Shown in pieces: positions 17,103-23,993 of a stretch of 27,166 nt of DNA; the first letter of the stretch is position 1; every line of letters begins with the position of its first letter. The notes beneath the pieces are model-generated. The model did not search any database and was not told where the DNA came from. It saw only the letters and a program-made list of their open reading frames with translations. The stretch comes from Candidatus Geohabitans tengchongensis. Lineage in GTDB: Bacteria; Sysuimicrobiota; Sysuimicrobiia; Sysuimicrobiales; Humicultoraceae. The stretch is taken from contig JAVKIH010000033.1 of the NCBI GenBank assembly GCA_031459625.1, forward strand, positions 1 through 27,166, read 5' to 3'. Both the position numbers and the translations under genes were made by a program.

Positions 17103-18274
17103 GGGGGCTCTCCCGCGAGCGGAGCGGCCCCGTCCGGGACGATCGCCACCTTCAGGTGGGCCCCGCGGTCCAGCTCTTGGAAGACCTCCACGATCTCCCC
17201 GAGCGGCCGTACCGCCGTGACGAGCGGGCCCACGTTGATGCGCCGCTCCGCCAGCCACCGCCGCGCCTCGGCCACGTCATCCGAGGTGTAGTGGAAGGCG
17301 CTGACCAGGTCCACCTCGCCGTAGTGGAGGCGGGCGGCGTCGAAGGTGGCACGGGCCCCGGGCGCCAGCCCTCCGAAGAGGAGGACGCTCCCGCCGCTGC
17401 GCACCCACGCGGGCGCCGCCGTCCACACCGCTGCGCTGCCGGTGGCTTCCACCACCACGTCCGGGGCCTCGCCCAGCGCCCCCTCCAGATGGCGCCGCAC
17501 CGTCTCGGATCCAGAAGCTCCTGGGGCCCCGCGCCGGTGCGCTTTCCCGAGCCCTGCAGCCTCGCCCCGGCCATGCGCGCCGCCCTCGCCGCCCGAGACG
17601 TCGACGGGCAGCCCCCCCAGCGCCGCCACGAGCTCCAGCCGGTCGCGCCGCCGCGCCACCACCGCCGGGCGCAGCCCCAACCGCAGGCCCGTGAGCAGGA
17701 AGAGGAAGGCGATGGCCCCCGACCCCACCACGGCGACGGACGGCCCGCCATTGCCTGCCCACCCGTCAGCTCGCCCCAGCAGGCCCAGGCGCCGCCAGCC
17801 GTGCAGCACGCACGCCAGCGGCTCCAGGAAGGCCGCCTCCGTGTACCGCAGCTCCGGGGGCTTGGGGAAGAGGTGCCGCGCCGCCACCGGAGGCGTCACC
17901 AGCACGTGCTCGGCGTAGGCGCCCAGCACGATGTCCTGAAAGAGGCGGGGACAGTGGTTCTCGGCGCCGCGCCGGCACGCCGCGCACTGGCCGCACCCCG
18001 CGGTGGGCACGTACATCACCGCGTCACCGGGCCTCACCTGCGCCACGCCCGGGCCCACGGCGACGACGTCGCCAGCGGCCTCATGGCCGAACGGCCCGGG
18101 CCCCAGGCGGGCGTGCCCTCGCCGGTAGGTCTTCAGGTCCGTGCCGCAGGTGAGCGCGGCGCGGACGCGCACCAGCACCTCGCCGGGCCCGGGCGCCGGG
18201 AGGGGACCGTCTTCCAGGGCGAGCCGCCGGGGGGCGCGCAGGACGGCCCGGCGCATCACCCCGGCGGCTGCCAC
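17093..18274 (-). CDS. Zn-dependent MDR polyol-dehydrogenase-like protein (possibly NADP-preferring)
   Basis: TCGTDLK, FGHE, CGQCAAC...HC, EPLAC, VVGSGAIA, ARRRDR. Alternative start is ATG 18256. Confidence 0.88.
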   Translation of the reverse strand: MAAAGVMRRAVLRAPRRLALEDGPLPAPGPGEVLVRVRAALTCGTDLKTYRRGHARLGPGPFGHEAAGDVVAVGPGVAQVRPGDAVMYVPTAGCGQCAACRRGAENHCPRLFQDIVLGAYAEHVLVTPPVAARHLFPKPPELRYTEAAFLEPLACVLHGWRRLGLLGRADGWAGNGGPSVAVVGSGAIAFLFLLTGLRLGLRPAVVARRRDRLELVAALGGLPVDVSGGEGGAHGRGEAAGLGKAHRRGAPGASGSETVRRHLEGALGEAPDVVVEATGSAAVWTAAPAWVRSGGSVLLFGGLAPGARATFDAARLHYGEVDLVSAFHYTSDDVAEARRWLAERRINVGPLVTAVRPLGEIVEVFQELDRGAHLKVAIVPDGAAPLAGEPPWP

Positions 18275-18291
18275 CCGATCAGCTGCCCGTC

Positions 18292-19464
18292 TCAGCTTTC
18301 CCTCTCAGCTGCCGTCTCGACGGGCAGGCGCTCGTTGAACCAGGCGATGATGCCGCCCCGCAGGTTGCGGGCGTTGCCGTAGCCGGCCGCGCGCAGCACC
18401 TTCACCACGTCGGCGCTGCGGGCACCGGACGCGCAGTGGACCACCACCGGGCGGTTGGGGTCGATCTCGGTGAGGCGCTGCCGGACCTCCCCCTTGGGGA
18501 TCAGCACGGCGCCGGGGATGCGCGCCTGCGCCCACTCCCAGGGCTCCCGGACGTCGATAAGCTGGGCCCCGGCCTCGAGCAGCCGCACCGCCTCGGCCGG
18601 CTCCACCTCGGGGACCTCGCCGTCGGTCTCGGCGACGGCGTGGCGGCCGGGCAGGCCGCAGAAGGCCTCGTAGTCGATGAGCGCGGTGATCGTGGGCCGG
18701 TCGCCGCAGACGGGGCAGTCGGGGTTGCGGGCCCAGCGCAGCAGCCGGAAGTCCATCGCCAGGGCGTCGAAGATGAAGAGGCGGTTGCCCAGCGTCTCCC
18801 CCACACCCAGCAGGACCTTCACCGCCTCCGCGGCCTGCAGCGTCCCCATGAAGCCGGCCAGCGCCCCCAGGATGCCGCCCTCCGCGCACGAGGGCACGGT
18901 CCCCGGCGGCGGCGGCGTGGGGAAGAGGCAGCGGTAGCACCCGCGGCCGGGCAGGAAGGTGGTGGCCTGCCCCTCCCAGCGCAGGATGGACGCGTCCACC
19001 AGCGGCTTGCGCAGGAAGACGCAGGCGTCATTCACCAGGTAGCGGGTGGGAAAGTTGTCGCTGCCATTCACCACCAGGTCGTAGGACCCGATGATCTCGA
19101 GCGCGTTCTCCGCGGTGAGCGTGGTCTGGTACGGCACCACGGTGACGTCGGGGTTCAGCGCCTCGAGCGTGCGCTTCGCCGACTCGGTCTTGGGGACGCC
19201 CACGTCGGCGGTGCGGTGGATCACCTGGCGGTGGAGGTTGTTGAGCTCCACCCGGTCGCCGTCGATGATCCCGATGGTCCCGACCCCGGCCGCGGCCAGG
19301 TAGAGGGCGGAGGGACTCCCCAGGCCCCCGGCGCCGACGACGAGGACCTTGCTGTCGAGCAGCCGGCGCTGCCCCGCCACCCCGATCTCGTCCAGGATGA
19401 GCTGGCGCGAGTAGCGGTCGATCTGCTCGCGGGAGAGGATAGGACGCCGGGTCTCTACGGCCAT
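18292..19464 (-). CDS. moeB: MoeB/ThiF adenylyltransferase fused to a C-terminal rhodanese (MoeZ/MoeBR type)
   Basis: RYSRQL, GAGGLG, NNLHRQ, DNFPTRY, CYRC, SCAEGG, CPVC; rhodanese IDVREPWE and HCASGARS. Confidence 0.92.
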   Translation of the reverse strand: MAVETRRPILSREQIDRYSRQLILDEIGVAGQRRLLDSKVLVVGAGGLGSPSALYLAAAGVGTIGIIDGDRVELNNLHRQVIHRTADVGVPKTESAKRTLEALNPDVTVVPYQTTLTAENALEIIGSYDLVVNGSDNFPTRYLVNDACVFLRKPLVDASILRWEGQATTFLPGRGCYRCLFPTPPPPGTVPSCAEGGILGALAGFMGTLQAAEAVKVLLGVGETLGNRLFIFDALAMDFRLLRWARNPDCPVCGDRPTITALIDYEAFCGLPGRHAVAETDGEVPEVEPAEAVRLLEAGAQLIDVREPWEWAQARIPGAVLIPKGEVRQRLTEIDPNRPVVVHCASGARSADVVKVLRAAGYGNARNLRGGIIAWFNERLPVETAAERES

Positions 19465-19577
19465 GCTGCGCTCCTCATGCCACCAGGTTGCTCTCCGGGC
19501 TGCTCACGCGCTCCTCACCGGTCGACGGGGCGGGCGCGTCGCCCGCTCACCACGCACTGCGCGACTCGCCACGATTT

Positions 19578-19605
19578 ACGATACCGAGGGGTCCTGCGCT
19601 GTCAA
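19578..19605 (-). promoter_or_regulatory. Sigma70-type promoter for the moeB-dehydrogenase-dehydrogenase-cupin unit
   Basis: TTGACA (19605-19600), 16-nt spacer, TATCGT (19583-19578). Confidence 0.6.
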
Positions 19606-19699
19606 CGCATCGTCATTCAACGCAGGACGGGCCCCGGCTCTTCCCGTCCTCCCCCTGTGGCTCCCGAGGGGTAATCCCGGGGCATAAGGGGCTGGGGGG

Positions 19700-19772
19700 C
19701 CGGCGGGAGGCCGGGCAGCGGAGCTCGGCCCGGCGGGATGCCGGGCAGCAGAACTCGGCCCGGCGGGACGCC
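19700..19772. repeat. 30-nt tandem repeat (about 2.4 copies) of palindromic units, REP-like
   Basis: GCCGGGCAGCGGAGCTCGGCCCGGCGGGAT followed by GCCGGGCAGCAGAACTCGGCCCGGCGGGAC. Each unit has GCCGGGC/GCCCGGC arms. Confidence 0.8.
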
Positions 19773-19796
19773 TGAGGCCGACGCCCTGCAGAGATG

Positions 19797-19809
19797 CTGT
19801 AGAATACAG
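19797..19809 (+). promoter_or_regulatory. Candidate -10 (TAGAAT, 19800-19805) inside the palindrome CTGTA-GAA-TACAG, upstream of the reductase
   Basis: Direct reading. No convincing -35 element. Confidence 0.4.
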
Positions 19810-19877
19810 TGTTCGCCTGGCCCATGGCCTGCGGGTTCGAGGGGCCGTGGGAGCCTGAGTGGGAGGCACAGAGCGTC

Positions 19878-20903
19878 ATGGACGATCTCTTCGACGTCAC
19901 GATCATCGGCGCGGGGCCCACGGGCCTGTTCGCCGCCTACTACGCCGGCTTTCGCTCGCTCCGCACGAAGATCGTGGACAGTCAGCCCGACCTGGGCGGG
20001 CAGATCACCGCCCTCTACCCGGACAAGTACATCTACGACGTGGCCGGGTTCCCTAAGATCCTCGGCAAGGACCTGGTGCGCAACCTGGTGGAGCAGGCGA
20101 TGCAGTACAACCCCGAGGTCCTCCTGAACGAGCAGATCCAGACGGTGGAGGACGTCGGGGACCGGGCGCTGGCGCTGCGGTCGGACGGCCGGGTCCACTA
20201 CACCAAGGTGGCCATCATCACGGCGGGGATCGGGGCTTTCACCCCCAAGACCTTCAAGCGCCCGGAACTGGACCGGTACATGGGCAAGGGGCTCTACTAC
20301 GCCGTCAAGAACAAGGAGGACTTCCGGGACAAGCGGCTGCTGGTCATCGGGGGCGGCGATTCGGCCCTCGACTGGGCCCTGGGCCTGATCCCCTACGCCC
20401 GGCAGATCACCCTGATCCACCGGCGGGACCAGTTCCGCGCCCACGAGGACAGCGTGCGCAAGCTGTTCGACTCCCCCATCACCGTGCGGCTCTTCTACGA
20501 GTTGAAGGAGCTGCGCGGGGACGACCAGGTGCGGGAGGCCGTCATCTTCGACAACCGGACGAAGCAGGAGGAGGTCCTGGAGGTCGACGCGGTGCTGGCC
20601 TTCCTCGGGTTGATCAGCAACCTGGGGCCGATCAAGCACTGGGGGCTGCAGATTGAGGACGACTCCATCGTGGTGAACACGAAGATGGAGACGAACCGGC
20701 CGGGGATCTACGCGGCCGGAGACATCGTCACCTTCCCGGGCAAGCTCAAGCTCATCGCCACGGGCTTTGGGGAGGCGGCCACGGCGGTGAACAACGCCGC
20801 CGCCTACATCAACCCGCGGGCGAAGGTCTTCCCCGGACACAGCAGCACGATCATGGAGCAGAAGGAGAAGAAGGCCACCCCGGCCGGGGCATCGGCGGGG
20901 TGA
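19878..20903 (+). CDS. Ferredoxin--NADP(+) reductase, thioredoxin-reductase-like (YumC type)
   Basis: IIGAGPTG, GGQITALYPDKYIYDVAGFP, GGGDSALDW, IHRR, AAGD, IATGFGEA, PGHSS; no CxxC. GGAGG lies upstream of ATG 19878. Confidence 0.93.
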   Translation: MDDLFDVTIIGAGPTGLFAAYYAGFRSLRTKIVDSQPDLGGQITALYPDKYIYDVAGFPKILGKDLVRNLVEQAMQYNPEVLLNEQIQTVEDVGDRALALRSDGRVHYTKVAIITAGIGAFTPKTFKRPELDRYMGKGLYYAVKNKEDFRDKRLLVIGGGDSALDWALGLIPYARQITLIHRRDQFRAHEDSVRKLFDSPITVRLFYELKELRGDDQVREAVIFDNRTKQEEVLEVDAVLAFLGLISNLGPIKHWGLQIEDDSIVVNTKMETNRPGIYAAGDIVTFPGKLKLIATGFGEAATAVNNAAAYINPRAKVFPGHSSTIMEQKEKKATPAGASAG

Positions 20904-21270
20904 TGAGGGAAGGGCCCATGTCATCCCCGTGGCCCCGGCCACACGTGATACGACCGAACACTACCTGCCCCGGACCCAGTTGTGTTCGGTAGTGTGTTCG
21001 GTAGACTCGCCAATCTGCCTGACTGGCTGGGCGGCGCTGCGTTCCCGCCTGCCCTGTAAACTCGAAGTTCGGTCCGGCCTCCAATCCGGCCAAGAAAATT
21101 TTTCGCCCGCCTTGCCCCCCCTGAAAACGCCCAGCCCATGCCGATAACTCATAACGGAAAACCAGGCAGAGTGTGCCGAGGAGGGGAGCGGCCTGGGGAT
21201 CACGCCAGCTCCGTCAGCCCAACCACGCCCACACGCGCTCGATCAGGACGCGGCGCCACGAGGAGGTTCC

Positions 21271-22938
21271 GCGCCAGCCAGGGATTCCGGGCGGCTGCTG
21301 CGGGTCATCGCCCGCCTGCCTGATGGCGCCCTTCGCAGCCGGGTCGAGCGGCTGGCGGGCCGCGAGCGCCGGGCCACGACCCTGCTCGTCGCCTACCTGG
21401 CCGAGCTGGACGCTCGCCGCTTGCACCTGGCGGACGGGTATCCCTCGCTCTTCGCCTACTGCACTCAGGCCTTGCACCTCTCTGAGTACGCCGCCTACCA
21501 CCGCATCCAGGCGGCCCGGACGGTGCGTCGGTTTCCCGTCCTCCTCGGCGAACTGGCCCGGGGGCACCTGACGCTCACCACGCTGAGCCTGCTGGCTCCG
21601 CACCTCACCGCTGCCAACCTCCAGGCGCTGCTGGCCGAGGCGCGCGGGGCCAGCAAGCGGGCCGTGGAAGCGCTGGTGGCGCGCCTGCAGCCTCGCCCTC
21701 CCGTCCCGGCCTCCGTACGCCGTCTCCCAGCCCCGGGAGGGCCGGCGCACCCAGCCCCGGGAGGTTCGGCACACCCAGCCCTGGGAGATTCGGTGCAGCC
21801 TGTCCAGGGAGGTCCAGAGTGCTCCGTCCCGGGAAGTCTGGCGTCCCCTGTCCCCGGAGGTCCAGCACCTCAGCAAGGCCAGCCACCGACGCCGACACCG
21901 AGTCCAACGCTCGGCGTCGACGGGATTCCAGCAGGGGTGGCTGGAGACACCCCGGTCGCCCACGCGCCCGCGGGAGATGAGACAGACCGTGTCCCACCCG
22001 GGACGCCACCCGGCGGCCCCGCGCGGTTTCTGAGGCCGGGCAGCTGCGGCGGCGGGCCATCGGGCGCTGTCACTCCCCTGGCGCCGACGCGCTACCGTGT
22101 CCAGTTCACGGCCGGCCCGGAGACCTATGCCAAGCTGAAGCAGTGCCAGGACCTCCTGCGCCACCAGATCCCCGGCGGTGACCTGGCCCAGCTCTTTGAC
22201 CGAGCCCTGACCGCATTGCTGCGAGAGCTGATGTGCCGGAGGGTGGGCACCCCGCTCCGGCCGGGGCCGGCCCGGACCACCCCGGCGGCGGCTCCCCCGG
22301 CAAGGATCGTGCGGCCGCATGCCGCCACCGCTCCCACGCCCGGAGACGCATCGGCTTCGAATCCCGGCGCACCGACACTCCCACCGGGGCCTTCGCGTCA
22401 CATTCCGGCCGCTGTCCGTCGGGTCGTGTGGGAACGGGACGGCGGCCAGTGCGCGTTCGTCAGTGCAGACGGGCGTCGGTGCCCGGAACGGGGATACCTG
22501 GAATTCCACCACGTCCGCCCCTACGCCCTGGGCGGACCGGCCACCGTGGAGAACATCCAGCTCCGCTGTCGCGCCCACAACGGCTACGAGGCGGACCAGA
22601 TCTTCGGACCGCCCCCCGCGCGGCGCTCAGGGCCGTCCCAACAGAGCGATCAGCGGGCGGCTGCGGATCAGCGCGCGGCTGCGGATCAGCGGACGGCTGC
22701 GGAACGGACGACTGCGGAACGGGCGACTGCGGATCGGGCGACTGCGGATCGGGCCATGAGGCCAGGGCGGAGCCGCCTAACACCGGGACCTGCCGAACAG
22801 GCCCCGCCCCGGACCCAGTTGGCCTCAGCAGCGCAGGCAGGCTCGGCCCCGGCGACCACCCCTGCCCGGAGCCCTGATCAGCCCGGCAGGACCGCTGCGC
22901 AGACCGGCCGGCCTGGCGAGCACAGCCATCCACCCTGA
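21271..22938 (+). CDS. DUF222-like N-terminal domain + C-terminal HNH endonuclease; start codon unclear
   Basis: RLPDGALRSRVERLAGRERRATTLLVAYLAELDARRLHLADGYPSLFAYC N-domain; PLAPTRYRVQFT middle block; HIPAAVRRVVWERDGGQC...C...LEFHHVRPYALGGPATVENIQLRCRAHN HNH domain. The frame is open from 21148 and the first canonical start is TTG 21421. Confidence 0.85.
   Translation, partial: APARDSGRLLRVIARLPDGALRSRVERLAGRERRATTLLVAYLAELDARRLHLADGYPSLFAYCTQALHLSEYAAYHRIQAARTVRRFPVLLGELARGHLTLTTLSLLAPHLTAANLQALLAEARGASKRAVEALVARLQPRPPVPASVRRLPAPGGPAHPAPGGSAHPALGDSVQPVQGGPECSVPGSLASPVPGGPAPQQGQPPTPTPSPTLGVDGIPAGVAGDTPVAHAPAGDETDRVPPGTPPGGPARFLRPGSCGGGPSGAVTPLAPTRYRVQFTAGPETYAKLKQCQDLLRHQIPGGDLAQLFDRALTALLRELMCRRVGTPLRPGPARTTPAAAPPARIVRPHAATAPTPGDASASNPGAPTLPPGPSRHIPAAVRRVVWERDGGQCAFVSADGRRCPERGYLEFHHVRPYALGGPATVENIQLRCRAHNGYEADQIFGPPPARRSGPSQQSDQRAAADQRAAADQRTAAERTTAERATADRATADRAMRPGRSRLTPGPAEQAPPRTQLASAAQAGSAPATTPARSPDQPGRTAAQTGRPGEHSHPP
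21727..21870 (+). repeat. Six degenerate 24-nt in-frame tandem units (PAPGGPAH-like)
   Basis: CCAGCCCCGGGAGGGCCGGCGCAC, CCAGCCCCGGGAGGTTCGGCACAC, CCAGCCCTGGGAGATTCGGTGCAG, then three more diverged copies. Confidence 0.85.
22648..22755 (+). repeat. In-frame tandem repeat: 3 x 18 nt then about 3.6 x 15 nt
   Basis: DQRAAA-DQRAAA-DQRTAA-ERTTA-ERATA-DRATA-DRA. Confidence 0.9.
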
Positions 22939-22939
22939 G

Positions 22940-22995
22940 GACCCTGACCCGACCTGAAAACCGTGACCCGACTTGGGGACCATGACCCGACCGCG
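22940..22995. repeat. Three 19-nt-period intergenic direct repeats with core TGACCCGAC
   Basis: TGACCCGAC at 22945, 22964 and 22983, each preceded by ACCn. Confidence 0.85.
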
Positions 22996-23015
22996 CCGAC
23001 GCCGAGGCGCGGAGG

Positions 23016-23993
23016 CTACGCCGAGGTGGCGGGGCGCCTGCTCCGGTACGCCAGGACGGCCTGGGCCTGCTCGTCGGCATGGTATGAGGAGCGGACGAGC
23101 GGACCGGCCTCCACGTACCGGAAGCCCCGCCGCAGTCCCTCCGCCTTGAGGGCGGCGAACTCCTCCGGGGTGTAGTACCGGTCGATGGGGTGGTAGCCCG
23201 GGCCAGGGCGCAGGTACTGGCCGAGGGTGAGGACGTCGCAGTCGACGGCACGCAGGTCGTCCATCGTCTGCAGGACCTCCTCCCAGGTCTCGCCCATGCC
23301 CAGGATGATCCCGCTCTTGGTGAAGCAGGTGTAGCCCCACTCCTTGACCCACCGCAGCAGCCGGAGCGAGCGGTCGTAGTTGCCGCCGTGGCGGACAATG
23401 GCGAAGACGCGCCGCACGCTCTCGATGTTGTGGTTGAGGATCTCGGGGCCGGCCTCCAGCACAGTGTGGAGCGCGGCGGGATCGCCCTTGAAGTCGGGGA
23501 TGAGCACCTCCACGGTGCACCCGGGCACGTAGGCGTGGATGCGCCGGATCGTCTCCGCGTAGATCGCCGCGCCTCCGTCGCGCAGGTCGTCGCGGTTCAC
23601 GGAGGTGATCACCGCGTGGCGGAGGCCCATTTGCTGGACGGCGCGCGCCACCCGCTCGGGCTCCTCCAGGTCCAGCTCGCTGGGCAGGCCGTGGGCGATG
23701 GCGCAGTAGGCGCAGTTGCGCGTGCAGATGTTCCCCAGGATGAGGAAGGTGGCGGTGCGGCGCTCCCAGCAGTCGCCGATGTTGGGACAGCGGGCCTCCT
23801 CGCAGACCGTGTGGAGGGCCTGGGTGCGCATGATCCCCACGAGCGCCTGGTAGTTGGGCCCGCTGGGGAGGCGCACCTTGAGCCAGGGAGGACGCCGCAG
23901 CGGCACGGCGCGCCCCTGCGGGTCGAGGGTGTAGAGGGGGCGCTCCGACGTCTGCGCGTCGGGCACGGCGGAGCCGTCGCGAGCGATCGCCAT
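23016..23993 (-). CDS. lipA: Lipoyl synthase
   Basis: [12 protein letters not shown] (CX4CX5C), CTRNCAYC (radical SAM), VLIPDF, NHNIE, GQYLRP, VRSSYHA. Confidence 0.97.
   Translation of the reverse strand: MAIARDGSAVPDAQTSERPLYTLDPQGRAVPLRRPPWLKVRLPSGPNYQALVGIMRTQALHTVCEEARCPNIGDCWERRTATFLILGNICTRNCAYCAIAHGLPSELDLEEPERVARAVQQMGLRHAVITSVNRDDLRDGGAAIYAETIRRIHAYVPGCTVEVLIPDFKGDPAALHTVLEAGPEILNHNIESVRRVFAIVRHGGNYDRSLRLLRWVKEWGYTCFTKSGIILGMGETWEEVLQTMDDLRAVDCDVLTLGQYLRPGPGYHPIDRYYTPEEFAALKAEGLRRGFRYVEAGPLVRSSYHADEQAQAVLAYRSRRPATSA

Larger units (their letters stand above)
20954..22821 (+). mobile_element. Candidate HNH-encoding element bounded by 29-nt imperfect direct repeats
   Basis: CCGAACActaCCtGCCCCGGACCCAGTTG (20954-20982) versus CCGAACAggcCCcGCCCCGGACCCAGTTG (22793-22821): 25/29 identical with a 16-nt perfect core. 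Confidence 0.5.

Noticed and set aside
19878..20903. Lys/Ile-rich, less GC-extreme composition of the reductase as a sign of horizontal transfer
   Set aside because: Third codon positions remain almost all G/C, which fits a conserved, well-expressed native gene.
21727..21870. 24-nt repeats as a possible CRISPR array (also the 19-nt and 30-nt repeats)
   Set aside because: The units are contiguous, degenerate and lack unique spacers. The 24-nt units are in frame within a CDS, and no cas genes are present.
21271..22938. HNH protein as IscB or Cas9-like
   Set aside because: No PLMP motif or split RuvC motifs are visible. The architecture is DUF222-like + HNH.
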